Source: Azolla caroliniana
Lineage: Eukaryota; Plantae; Polypodiophyta
DNA: 64,000 nt
Direction: 5' to 3'
Assembly (NCBI GenBank): GCA_043228905.1
Contig: JBHGNT010000056.1
Location: 62,001 to 126,000, forward strand
Of the stretch, positions 27,101 through 41,450 are shown in pieces (position 1 is the stretch's first letter; every line of letters starts with the position of its first letter). The position numbers and the translations under genes were made by a program. Under the pieces are notes generated by a model, which was given only the letters and a program-made list of their open reading frames with translations, was not told the origin of the DNA and searched no databases.

Positions 27101-29260
27101 CTAGCCTTGTTAGTTTCGATTCGCATGTTTGAACACAAAAATCCGATATCACACGAGCCAGGTATGACCATTTTGATTTACTCACTCGCTCTTCTCAACT
27201 CCCTCCTCAAATATGCTAATTTCCTCATGTCTCTCGACCTGAGTTTCAAAATCACGATTTTTTAATTCTATATCATAGCTAGCCTTGTTAGTTTCGATTC
27301 GCATGTTTGAACACAGAAATCCGATATCACACGAGCCAGGTATGACCATTTTAATTTACTCACACGCTCTTCTCAACTCCCTCCTCAAATATGCTAATTT
27401 CTTCATGTCTCTCGACCTGAGTTTCAAAATCTTGATTTTTTAAGTCTATATCATAGCTAGCCTTGTTAGTTTCGATTCGCATGTTTGAACACAGAAATCC
27501 GATATCACACGAGCCAGGTATGACCATTTTAATTTACTCACACGCTCTTCTCAACTCCCTCCTCAAATATGCTAATTTCTTCATGTCTCTTGATCTGAGT
27601 TTCAAAATCTCGATTTTTTAATTCTATATCATAGCTAGCCTTGTTAGCTTCGATTTGCATGTTTAAACACAGAAATCTGATATTACACGAGCCAGGTATG
27701 ACCATTTTAATTTACTCACTGGCTCTTCTCAACTCCCTCCTCAAATATGCTAATTTCCTCATGTCTCTCGACCTGAGTTTCAAAATCTCGATTTTTTAAT
27801 TCTATATCATAGCTAGCCTTGTTAGTTTCGATTCGCATGTTTGAACACAGAAATCCGATATCACACGAGCCAGGTATGACCATTTTAATTTACTCACTCG
27901 CTCTTCTCAACTCCCTCCTCAAATATGCTAATTTCTTCATGTCTCTCGACCTGAGTTTCAAAATCTCGGTTTTTTAATTCTATATCATAGCTAGCCTTGT
28001 TAGCTTCGATTCGCATGTTTGAACACAGAAATCCGATATCACACGAGCCAGGTATGACCATTTTAATTTACTCACTGGCTCTTCTCAACTCCCTCCTCAA
28101 ATATGCTAATTTCCTCATGTCTCTCGACCTGAGTTTCAAAATCACGATTTTTTAATTCTATATCATAGCTAGCCTTGTTAGTTTCGATTCGCATGTTTGA
28201 ACACAGAAATCCGATATCACACGAGCCAGGTATGACCATTTTAATTTACTCACTCGCTCTTCTCAACTCCCTCCTCCAGCATGCTAATTTCCTCATGTCT
28301 TTCGACGTCAGTTTCGAAATCACGATTTTTTACGTCTATATCATAGCTAGCCTTGTTAGTTTCGATTCGCATGTTTGAACACAGAAATCCGATATCACAC
28401 GAGCCCGGTATGACCATTTTAATTTACTCACACGCTCTTCTCAACTCCCTCCTCAAATATGCTAATTTCTTCATGTCTCTCGACCTGAGTTTCAAAATCT
28501 CGATTTTTTAAGTCTATATCATAGCTAGCCTTCTTAGTTTCGATTCGCATGTTTGAACACAGAAATCCGATATCACACGAGCCAGGTATGACCATTTTAA
28601 TTTACTCACACGCTCTTCTCAACTCCCTCCTCAAATATGCTAATTTCTTCATGTCTCTCGACCTGAGTTTCAAAATCTCGATTTTTTAATTCTATATCAT
28701 AGCTAGCCTTGTTAGCTTCGATTTGCATGTTTGAACACAGAAATCCGATATCACACGAGCCAGGTATGACCATTTTAATTTACTCACTGGCTCTTCTCAA
28801 CTCCCTCCTCAAATATGCTAATTTCCTCATGTCTCTCGACCTGATTTTCAAAATCTCGATTTTTTAATTCTATATCATAGCTAGCCTTGTTAGTTTCGAT
28901 TCGCATGTTTGAACACAGAAATCCGATATCACACGAGCCAGGTATGACCATTTTAATTTACTCACACGCTTTTCTCAACTCCCTCCTCAAATATGCTAAT
29001 TTCCTCATGTCTCTCGACCTGAGTTTCAAAATCACGATTTTTTAATTCTATATCATAGCTAGCCTTTTTAGCTTCAATTCGCATGTTTGAACACAGAAAT
29101 CCGATATCACACGAGCCAGGTATGACCATTTTAATTTACTCACTCGCTCTTCTCAACTCCCTCCTCCAGCATGCTAATTTCCTCATGTCTTTCGACGTCA
29201 GTTTCGAAATCACGATTTTTTAAGTCTATATCATAGCTAGCCTTGTTAGTTTCGATTCGC
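23780..29260 (+). repeat. Duplication with 18-monomer offset (3204 bp); ~13 monomers matched, with ~5 unmatched monomers between the copies
   Basis: TTGATCTG ~24386/27590, TTTACGTC ~25126/28330 and ACAAAAAT ~23931/27135 are +3204, as is the ORF pair 24971/28175. Confidence 0.88.
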
Positions 29261-32200
29261 ATGTTTGAACACAAAAATCCGATATCACACGAGCCAGGTA
29301 TGACCATTTTAATTTACTCACTCGCTCTTCTCAACTCCCTCCTCAAATATGCTAATTTCCTCATGTCTCTCGACCTGAGTTTCAAAATCACGATTTTTTA
29401 ATTCTATATCATAGCTAGCCTTGTTAGTTTCGATTCGCATGTTTGAACACAGAAATCCGATATCACACGAGCCAGGTATGACCATTTTAATTTACTCACA
29501 CGCTCTTCTCAACTCCCTCCTCAAATATGCTAATTTCTTCATGTCTCTCGACCTGAGTTTCAAAATCTTGATTTTTTAAGTCTATATCATAGCTAGCCTT
29601 GTTAGTTTCGATTCGCATGTTTGAACACAGAAATCCGATATCACACGAGCCAGGTATGACCATTTTAATTTACTCACACGCTCTTCTCAACTCCCTCCTC
29701 AAATATGCTAATTTCTTCATGTCTCTTGACCTGAGTTTCAAAATCTCGATTTTTTAATTCTATATCATAGCTAGCCTTGTTAGCTTCGATTTGCATGTTT
29801 AAACACAGAAATCTGATATTACACGAGCCAGGTATGACCATTTTAATTTACTCACTGGCTCTTCTCAACTCCCTCCTCAAATATGCTAATTTCCTCATGT
29901 CTCTCGACCTGAGTTTCAAAATCTCGATTTTTTAATTCTATATCATAGCTAGCCTTGTTAGTTTCGATTCGCATGTTTGAACACAGAAATCCGATATCAC
30001 ACGAGCCAGGTATGACCATTTTAATATACTCACTCGCTCTTCTCAACTCCCTCCTCAAATATGCTAATTTCTTCATGTCTCTCGACCTGAGTTTCAAAAT
30101 CTCGATTTTTTAATTCTATATCATAGCTAGCCTTGTTAGCTTCGATTCGCATGTTTGAACACAGAAATCCGATATCACACGAGCCAGGTATGACCATTTT
30201 AATTTACTCACTGGCTCTTCTCAACTCCCTACTCAAATATGCTAATTTCCTCATGTCTCTCGACCTGAGTTTCAAAATCACGATTTTTTAATTCTATATC
30301 ATAGCTAGCCTTGTTAGTTTCGATTCGCATGTTTGAACACAGAAATCCGATATCACACGAGCCAGGTATGACCATTTTAATTTACTCACTCGCTCTTCTC
30401 AACTCCCTCCTCCAGCATGCTAATTTCCTCATGTCTTTCGACGTCAGTTTCGAAATCACGATTTTTTAAGTCTATATCATAGCTAGCCTTGTTAGTTTCG
30501 ATTCGCATGTTTGAACACAGAAATCCGATATCACACGAGCCCGGTATGACCATTTTAATTTACTCACACGCTCTTCTCAACTCCCTCCTCAAATATGCTA
30601 ATTTCTTCATGTCTCTCGACCTGAGTTTCAAAATCTCGATTTTTTAAGTCTATATCATAGCTAGCCTTCTTAGTTTCGATTCGCATGTTTGAACACAGAA
30701 ATCCGATATCACACGAGCCAGGTATGACCATTTTAATTTACTCACACGCTCTTCTCAACTCCCTCCTCAAATATGCTAATTTCTTCATGTCTCTCGACCT
30801 GAGTTTCAAAATCTCGATTTTTTAATTCTATATCATAGCTAGCCTTGTTAGCTTCGATTTGCATGTTTGAACACAGAAATCCGATATCACACGAGCCAGG
30901 TATGACCATTTTAATTTACTCACTGGCTCTTCTCAACTCCCTCCTCAAATATGCTAATTTCCTCATGTCTCTCGACCTGATTTTCAAAATCTCGATTTTT
31001 TAATTCTATATCATAGCTAGCCTTGTTAGTTTCGATTCGCATGTTTGAACACAGAAATCCGATATCACACGAGCCAGGTATGACCATTTTAATTTACTCA
31101 CACGCTTTTCTCAACTCCCTCCTCAAATATGCTAATTTCTTCATGTCTCTCGACCTGAGTTTCAAAATCTCGATTTTTTAATTCTATATCAGAGCTAGCC
31201 TTGTTAGCTTCGATTCGCATGTTTGAACACAGAAATCCGATATCACACGAGCCAGGTATGACCATTTTAATTTACACAAACGCTCTTCTCAACTCCCTCC
31301 TCAAATATGCTAATTTCTTCATGTCTCTCGACCTGAGTTTCAAAATCTCGATTTTTTAATTCTATATCATAGCTAGCCTTGTTAGCTTCGATTTGCATGT
31401 TTGAACATAGAAATCCGATATCACACGAGCCAGGTATGACCATTTTAATTTACTCACTGGCTCTTCTCAACTCCCTCCTCAAATATGCTAATTTCTTCAT
31501 GTCTCTCGACCTGAGTTTCAAAATCTCGATTTTTTAATTCTATATCATAACTAGCCTTTTTAGCTTCGATTCGCATGTTTGAACACAGAAATCCGATATC
31601 ACACGAGCCAGGTATGACCATTTTAATTTACTCACTCGCTCTTCTCAACTCCCTCCTCCAGCATGCTAATTTCCTCATGTCTTTCGACGTCAGTTTCGAA
31701 ATCACGATTTTTTAAGTCTATATCATAGCTAGCCTTGTTAGTTTCGATTCGCATGTTTGAACACAAAAATCCGATATCACACGAGCCAGGTATGACCATT
31801 TTAATTTACTCACTCGCTCTTCTCAACTCCCTCCTCAAATATGCTAATTTCCTCATGTCTTTCGACGTCAGTTTCAAAAACTTGATTTTTTAATTTTATA
31901 TCATAGCTATCCTTGTTAGCTTCGATTTGCATGTTTGAACACAGAAATCCGATATCACACGAGCCAGGTATGACCATTTTAATTTACTCACACGCTCTTC
32001 TCAACTCCCTCCTCAAATATGCTAATTTCTTCATGTCTCTCGACCTGAGTTTCAAAATCTTGATTTTTTAAGTCTATATCATAGCTAGCCTTGTTAGTTT
32101 CGATTCGCATGTTTGAACACAGAAATCCGATATCACACGAGCCAGGTATGACCATTTTAATTTACTCACACGCTCTTCTCAACTCCCTCCTCAAATATGC

Positions 32201-35200
32201 TAATTTCTTCATGTCTCTTGACCTGAGTTTCAAAATCTCGATTTTTTAATTCTATATCATAGCTAGCCTTGTTAGCTTCGATTTGCATGTTTAAACACAG
32301 AAATCTGATATTACACGAGCCAGGTATGACCATTTTAATTTACTCACTGGCTCTTCTCAACTCCCTCCTCAAATATGCTAATTTCCTCATGTCTCTCGAC
32401 CTGAGTTTCAAAATCTCGATTTTTTAATTCTATATCATAGCTAGCCTTGTTAGTTTCGATTCGCATGTTTGAACACAGAAATCCGATATCACACGAGCCA
32501 GGTATGACCATTTTAATTTACTCACTCGCTCTTCTCAACTCCCTCCTCAAATATGCTAATTTCTTCATGTCTCTCGACCTGAGTTTCAAAATCTCGATTT
32601 TTTAATTCTATATCATAGCTAGCCTTGTTAGCTTCGATTTGCATGTTTGAACACAGAAATCCGATATCACACGAGCCAGGTATGACCATTTTAATTTACT
32701 CACACGCTCTTCTCAACTCCCTCCTCAAATATGCTAATTTCCTCATGTCTCTCGACCTGAGTTTCAAAATCACGATTTTTTAATTCTATATCATAGCTAG
32801 CCTTTTTAGCTTCGATTCGCATGTTTGAACACAGAAATCCGATATCACACGAGCCAGGTATGACCATTTTAATTTACTCACTCGCTCTTCTCAACTCCCT
32901 CCTCCAGCATGCTAATTTCCTCATGTCTTTCGACGTCAGTTTCGAAATCACGATTTTTTAAGTCTATATCATAGCTAGCCTTGTTAGTTTCGATTCGCAT
33001 GTTTGAACACAAAAATCCGATATCACACGAGCCAGGTATGACCATTTTAATTTACTCACTCGCTCTTCTCAACTCCCTCCTCAAATATGCTAATTTCCTC
33101 ATGTCTCTCGACCTGAGTTTCAAAATCACGATTTTTTAATTCTATATCATAGCTAGCCTTGTTAGTTTCGATTCGCATGTTTGAACACAGAAATCCGATA
33201 TCACACGAGCCAGGTATGACCATTTTAATTTACTCACACGCTCTTCTCAACTCCCTCCTCAAATATGCTAATTTCTTCATGTCTCTCGACCTGAGTTTCA
33301 AAATCTTGATTTTTTAAGTCTATATCATAGCTAGCCTTGTTAGTTTCGATTCGCATGTTTGAACACAGAAATCCGATATCACACGAGCCAGGTATGACCA
33401 TTTTAATTTACTCACACGCTCTTCTCAACTCCCTCCTCAAATATGCTAATTTCTTCATGTCTCTTGACCTGAGTTTCAAAATCTCGATTTTTTAATTCTA
33501 TATCATAGCTAGCCTTGTTAGCTTCGATTTGCATGTTTAAACACAGAAATCTGATATTACACGAGCCAGCTATGACCATTTTAATTTACTCACTGGCTCT
33601 TCTCAACTCCCTCCTCAAATATGCTAATTTCCTCATGTCTCTCGACCTGAGTTTCAAAATCTCGATTTTTTAATTCTATATCATAGCTAGCCTTGTTAGT
33701 TTCGATTCGCATGTTTGAACACAGAAATCCGATATCACACGAGCCAGGTATGACCATTTTAATTTACTCACTCGCTCTTCTCAACTCCCTCCTCAAATAT
33801 GCTAATTTCTTCATGTCTCTCGACCTGAGTTTCAAAATCTCGATTTTTTAATTCTATATCATAGCTAGCCTTGTTAGCTTCGATTCGCATGTTTGAACAC
33901 AGAAATCCGATATCACACGAGCCAGGTATGACCATTTTAATTTACTCACTGGCTCTTCTCAACTCCCTACTCAAATATGCTAATTTCCTCATGTCTCTCG
34001 ACCTGAGTTTCAAAATCACGATTTTTTAATTCTATATCATAGCTAGCCTTGTTAGTTTCGATTCGCATGTTTGAACACAGAAATCCGATATCACACGAGC
34101 CAGGTATGACCATTTTAATTTACTCACTCGCTCTTCTCAACTCCCTCCTCCAGCATGCTAATTTCCTCATGTCTTTCGACGTCAGTTTCGAAATCACGAT
34201 TTTTTAAGTCTATATCATAGCTAGCCTTGTTAGTTTCGATTCGCATGTTTGAACACAGAAATCCGATATCACACGAGCCCGGTATGACCATTTTAATTTA
34301 CTCACACGCTCTTCTCAACTCCCTCCTCAAATATGCTAATTTCTTCATGTCTCTCGACCTGAGTTTCAAAATCTCGATTTTTTAAGTCTATATCATAGCT
34401 AGCCTTCTTAGTTTCGATTCGCATGTTTGAACACAGAAATCCGATATCACACGAGCCAGGTATGACCATTTTAATTTACTCACACGCTCTTCTCAACTCC
34501 CTCCTCAAATATGCTAATTTCTTCATGTCTCTCGACCTGAGTTTCAAAATCTCGATTTTTTAATTCTATATCATAGCTAGCCTTGTTAGCTTCGATTTGC
34601 ATGTTTGAACACAGAAATCCGATATCACACGAGCCAGGTATGACCATTTTAATTTACTCACTGGCTCTTCTCAACTCCCTCCTCAAATATGCTAATTTCC
34701 TCATGTCTCTCGACCTGATTTTCAAAATCTCGATTTTTTAATTCTATATCATAGCTAGCCTTGTTAGTTTCGATTCGCATGTTTGAACACAGAAATCCGA
34801 TATCACACGAGCCAGGTATGACCATTTTAATTTACTCACACGCTTTTCTCAACTCCCTCCTCAAATATGCTAATTTCCTCATGTCTCTCGACCTGAGTTT
34901 CAAAATCTCGATTTTTTAATTCTATATCAGAGCTAGCCTTGTTAGCTTCGATTCGCATGTTTGAACACAGAAATCCGATATCACACGAGCCAGGTATGAC
35001 CATTTTAATTTACACAAACGCTCTTCTCAACTCCCTCCTCAAATATGCTAATTTCTTCATGTCTCTCGACCTGAGTTTCAAAATCTCGATTTTTTAATTC
35101 TATATCATAGCTAGCCTTGTTAGCTTCGATTTGCATGTTTGAACACAGAAATCCGATATCACACGAGCCAGGTATGACCATTTTAATTTACTCACTGGCT

Positions 35201-38200
35201 CTTCTCAACTCCCTCCTCAAATATGCTAATTTCTTCATGTCTCTCGACCTGAGTTTCAAAATCTCGATTTTTTAATTCTATATCATAGCTAGCCTTTTTA
35301 GCTTCGATTCGCATGTTTGAACACAGAAATCCGATATCACACGAGCCAGGTATGACCATTTTAATTTACTCACTCGCTCTTCTCAACTCCCTCCTCCAGC
35401 ATGCTAATTTCCTCATGTCTTTCGACGTCAGTTTCGAAATCACGATTTTTTAAGTCTATATCATAGCTAGCCTTGTTAGTTTCGATTCGCATGTTTGAAC
35501 ACAAAAATCCGATATCACACGAGCCAGGTATGACCATTTTAATTTACTCACTCGCTCTTCTCAACTCCCTCCTCAAATATGCTAATTTCCTCATGTCTTT
35601 CGACGTCAGTTTCAAAAACTTGATTTTTTAATTTTATATCATAGCTATCCTTGTTAGCTTCGATTTGCATGTTTGAACACAGAAATCCGATATCACACGA
35701 GCCAGGTATGACCATTTTAATTTACTCACACGCTCTTCTCAACTCCCTCCTCAAATATGCTAATTTCTTCATGTCTCTCGACCTGAGTTTCAAAATCTTG
35801 ATTTTTTAAGTCTATATCATAGCTAGCCTTGTTAGTTTCGATTCGCATGTTTGAACACAGAAATCCGATATCACACGAGCCAGGTATGACCATTTTAATT
35901 TACTCACACGCTCTTCTCAACTCCCTCCTCAAATATGCTAATTTCTTCATGTCTCTTGACCTGAGTTTCAAAATCTCGATTTTTTAATTCTATATCATAG
36001 CTAGCCTTGTTAGCTTCGATTTGCATGTTTAAACACAGAAATCTGATATTACACGAGCCAGGTATGACCATTTTAATTTACTCACTGGCTCTTCTCAACT
36101 CCCTCCTCAAATATGCTAATTTCCTCATGTCTCTCGACCTGAGTTTCAAAATCTCGATTTTTTAATTCTATATCATAGCTAGCCTTGTTAGTTTCGATTC
36201 GCATGTTTGAACACAGAAATCCGATATCACACGAGCCAGGTATGACCATTTTAATTTACTCACTCGCTCTTCTCAACTCCCTCCTCAAATATGCTAATTT
36301 CTTCATGTCTCTCGACCTGAGTTTCAAAATCTCGATTTTTTAATTCTATATCATAGCTAGCCTTGTTAGCTTCGATTCGCATGTTTGAACACAGAAATCC
36401 GATATCACACGAGCCAGGTATGACCATTTTAATTTACTCACTGGCTCTTCTCAACTCCCTACTCAAATATGCTAATTTCCTCATGTCTCTCGACCTGAGT
36501 TTCAAAATCACGATTTTTTAATTCTATATCATAGCTAGCCTTGTTAGTTTCGATTCGCATGTTTGAACACAGAAATCCGATATCACACGAGCCAGGTATG
36601 ACCATTTTAATTTACTCACTCGCTCTTCTCAACTCCCTCCTCCAGCATGCTAATTTCCTCATGTCTTTCGACGTCAGTTTCGAAATCACGATTTTTTAAG
36701 TCTATATCATAGCTAGCCTTGTTAGTTTCGATTCGCATGTTTGAACACAGAAATCCGATATCACACGAGCCCGGTATGACCATTTTAATTTACTCACACG
36801 CTCTTCTCAACTCCCTCCTCAAATATGCTAATTTCTTCATGTCTCTCGACCTGAGTTTCAAAATCTCGATTTTTTAAGTCTATATCATAGCTAGCCTTCT
36901 TAGTTTCGATTCGCATGTTTGAACACAGAAATCCGATATCACACGAGCCAGGTATGACCATTTTAATTTACTCACACGCTCTTCTCAACTCCCTCCTCAA
37001 ATATGCTAATTTCTTCATGTCTCTCGACCTGAGTTTCAAAATCTCGATTTTTTAATTCTATATCATAGCTAGCCTTGTTAGCTTCGATTTGCATGTTTGA
37101 ACACAGAAATCCGATATCACACGAGCCAGGTATGACCATTTTAATTTACTCACTGGCTCTTCTCAACTCCCTCCTCAAATATGCTAATTTCCTCATGTCT
37201 CTCGACCTGATTTTCAAAATCTCGATTTTTTAATTCTATATCATAGCTAGCCTTGTTAGTTTCGATTCGCATGTTTGAACACAGAAATCCGATATCACAC
37301 GAGCCAGGTATGACCATTTTAATTTACTCACACGCTTTTCTCAACTCCCTCCTCAAATATGCTAATTTCCTCATGTCTCTCGACCTGAGTTTCAAAATCT
37401 CGATTTTTTAATTCTATATCAGAGCTAGCCTTGTTAGCTTCGATTCGCATGTTTGAACACAGAAATCCGATATCACACGAGCCAGGTATGACCATTTTAA
37501 TTTACACAAACGCTCTTCTCAACTCCCTCCTCAAATATGCTAATTTCTTCATGTCTCTCGACCTGAGTTTCAAAATCTCGATTTTTTAATTCTATATCAT
37601 AGCTAGCCTTGTTAGCTTCGATTTGCATGTTTGAACACAGAAATCCGATATCACACGAGCCAGGTATGACCATTTTAATTTACTCACTGGCTCTTCTCAA
37701 CTCCCTCCTCAAATATGCTAATTTCTTCATGTCTCTCGACCTGAGTTTCAAAATCTCGATTTTTTAATTCTATATCATAGCTAGCCTTTTTAGCTTCGAT
37801 TCGCATGTTTGAACACAGAAATCCGATATCACACGAGCCAGGTATGACCATTTTAATTTACTCACTCGCTCTTCTCAACTCCCTCCTCCAGCATGCTAAT
37901 TTCCTCATGTCTTTCGACGTCAGTTTCGAAATCACGATTTTTTAAGTCTATATCATAGCTAGCCTTGTTAGTTTCGATTCGCATGTTTGAACACAAAAAT
38001 CCGATATCACACGAGCCAGGTATGACCATTTTAATTTACTCACTCGCTCTTCTCAACTCCCTCCTCAAATATGCTAATTTCCTCATGTCTCTCGACCTGA
38101 GTTTCAAAATCACGATTTTTTAATTCTATATCATAGCTAGCCTTGTTAGTTTCGATTCGCATGTTTGAACACAGAAATCCGATATCACACGAGCCAGGTA

Positions 38201-38500
38201 TGACCATTTTAATTTACTCACACGCTCTTCTCAACTCCCTCCTCAAATATGCTAATTTCTTCATGTCTCTCGACCTGAGTTTCAAAATCTTGATTTTTTA
38301 AGTCTATATCATAGCTAGCCTTGTTAGTTTCGATTCGCATGTTTGAACACAGAAATCCGATATCACACGAGCCAGGTATGACCATTTTAATTTACTCACA
38401 CGCTCTTCTCAACTCCCTCCTCAAATATGCTAATTTCTTCATGTCTCTTGACCTGAGTTTCAAAATCTCGATTTTTTAATTCTATATCATAGCTAGCCTT
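29000..38500 (+). repeat. 14-mer (2492 bp) higher-order repeat containing one extra 7-monomer half unit, giving a 21-mer (3738 bp) offset
   Basis: ACAAAAAT occurs at ~29271/31763/33009/35501/37993 (14, 7, 14, 14 monomers). CCCTACTC ~30227/33965/36457 and CACAAACG 31275/35013/37505 are spaced 21 then 14. Confidence 0.87.
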
Positions 38501-41450
38501 GTTAGCTTCGATTTGCATGTTTGAACACAGAAATCCGATATCACACGAGCCAGGTATGACCATTTTAATTTACTCACTCGCTCTTCTCAACTCCCTCCTC
38601 AAATATGCTAATTTCCTCATGTCTCTCGACCTGAGTTTCAAAATCTCGATTTTTTAATTCTATATCATAGCTAGCCTTGTTAGTTTCGATTCGCATGTTT
38701 GAACACAGAAATCCGATATCACACGAGCCAGGTATGACCATTTTAATTTACTCACTCGCTCTTCTCAACTCCCTCCTCCAGCATGCTAATTTCCTCATGT
38801 CTTTCGACGTCAGTTTCGAAATCACGATTTTTTAAGTCTATATCATAGCTAGCCTTGTTAGTTTCGATTCGCATGTTTGAACACAGAAATCCGATATCAC
38901 ACGAGCCAGGTATGACCATTTTAATTTACTCACACGCTCTTCTCAACTCCCTCCTCAAATATGCTAATTTCTTCATGTCTCTCGACCTGAGTTTCAAAAT
39001 CTCGATTTTTTAATTCTATATCATAGCTAGCCTTGTTAGCTTCGATTCGCATGTTTGAACACAGAAATCCGATATCACACGAGCCAGGTATGACCATTTT
39101 AATTTACTCACACGCTCTTCTCAACTCCCTCCTCAAATATGCTAATTTCTTCATGTCTCTTGACCTGAGTTTCAAAATCTCGATTTTTTAATTCTATATC
39201 ATAGCTAGCCTTGTTAGCTTCGATTTGCATGTTTGAACACAGAAATCCGATATCACACGAGCCAGGTATGACCATTTTAATTTACTCACTGGCTCTTCTC
39301 AACTCCCTCCTCAAATATGCTAATTTCTTCATGTCTCTCGACCTGAGTTTCAAAATCTCGGTTTTTTAATTCTATATCATAGCTAGCCTTGTTAGCTTCG
39401 ATTTGCATGTTTAAACACAGAAATCTGATATTACACGAGCCAGGTATGACCATTTTAATTTACTCACTCGCTCTTCTCAACTCCCTCCTCCAGCATGCTA
39501 ATTTCCTCATGTCTTTCGACGTCAGTTTCGAAATCACGATTTTTTAAGTCTATATCATAGCTAGCCTTGTTAGTTTCGATTCGCATGTTTGAACACAGAA
39601 ATCCGATATCACACGAGCCCGGTATGACCATTTTAATTTACTCACACGCTCTTCTCAACTCCCTCCTCAAATATGCTAATTTCTTCATGTCTCTCGACCT
39701 GAGTTTCAAAATCTCGATTTTTTAAGTCTATATCATAGCTAGCCTTCTTAGTTTCGATTCGCATGTTTGAACACAGAAATCCGATATCACACGAGCCAGG
39801 TATGACCATTTTAATTTACTCACACGCTCTTCTCAACTCCCTCCTCAAATATGCTAATTTCTTCATGTCTCTCGACCTGAGTTTGAAAATCTCGATTTTT
39901 TAATTCTATATCATAGCTAGCCTTGTTAGTTTCGATTCGCATGTTTGAACACAGAAATCCGATATCACACGAGCCAGGTATGACCATTTTAATTTACTCA
40001 CACGCTCTTCTCAACTCCCTCCTCAAATATGCTAATTTCTTCATGTCTCTTGACCTGAGTTTCAAAATCTCGATTTTTTAATTCTATATCATAGCTAGCC
40101 TTGTTAGCTTCGATTTGCATGTTTGAACACAGAAATCCGATATCACACGAGCCAGGTATGACCATTTTAATTTACTCACTCGCTCTTCTCAACTCCCTCC
40201 TCAAATATGCTAATTTCCTCATGTCTCTCGACCTGAGTTTCAAAATCTCGATTTTTTAATTCTATATCATAGCTAGCCTTGTTAGTTTCGATTCGCATGT
40301 TTGAACACAGAAATCCGATATCACACGAGCCAGGTATGACCATTTTAATTTACTCACTCGCTCTTCTCAACTCCCTCCTCCAGCATGCTAATTTCCTCAT
40401 GTCTTTCGACGTCAGTTTCGAAATCACGATTTTTTAAGTCTATATCATAGCTAGCCTTGTTAGTTTCGATTCGCATGTTTGAACACAGAAATCCGATATC
40501 ACACGAGCCAGGTATGACCATTTTAATTTACTCACACGCTCTTCTCAACTCCCTCCTCAAATATGCTAATTTCTTCATGTCTCTCGACCTGAGTTTCAAA
40601 ATCTCGATTTTTTAATTCTATATCATAGCTAGCCTTGTTAGCTTCGATTCGCATGTTTGAACACAGAAATCCGATATCACACGAGCCAGGTATGACCATT
40701 TTAATTTACTCACACGCTCTTCTCAACTCCCTCCTCAAATATGCTAATTTCTTCATGTCTCTTGACCTGAGTTTCAAAATCTCGATTTTTTAATTCTATA
40801 TCATAGCTAGCCTTGTTAGCTTCGATTTGCATGTTTGAACACAGAAATCCGATATCACACGAGCCAGGTATGACCATTTTAATTTACTCACTGGCTCTTC
40901 TCAACTCCCTCCTCAAATATGCTAATTTCTTCATGTCTCTCGACCTGAGTTTCAAAATCTCGGTTTTTTAATTCTATATCATAGCTAGCCTTGTTAGCTT
41001 CGATTTGCATGTTTAAACACAGAAATCTGATATTACACGAGCCAGGTATGACCATTTTAATTTACTCACTCGCTCTTCTCAACTCCCTCCTCCAGCATGC
41101 TAATTTCCTCATGTCTTTCGACGTCAGTTTCGAAATCACGATTTTTTAAGTCTATATCATAGCTAGCCTTGTTAGTTTCGATTCGCATGTTTGAACACAG
41201 AAATCCGATATCACACGAGCCCGGTATGACCATTTTAATTTACTCACACGCTCTTCTCAACTCCCTCCTCAAATATGCTAATTTCTTCATGTCTCTCGAC
41301 CTGAGTTTCAAAATCTCGATTTTTTAAGTCTATATCATAGCTAGCCTTCTTAGTTTCGATTCGCATGTTTGAACACAGAAATCCGATATCACACGAGCCA
41401 GGTATGACCATTTTAATTTACTCACACGCTCTTCTCAACTCCCTCCTCAA
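38350..41450 (+). repeat. Higher-order duplication, 9-mer (1602 bp), ~2 copies
   Basis: CTCGGTTTT 39357/40959, GCCCGG ~39617/41219 and TTTAAAC..TCTGATATT ~39410/41012 are all +1602. Confidence 0.87.

Noticed and set aside
27961-27972. Isolated CTCGG allele matching the 39-49 kb marker
   Set aside because: It is a single base, absent from the paired copy at 24761. Recurrent mutation, conversion and sequencing error cannot be distinguished.
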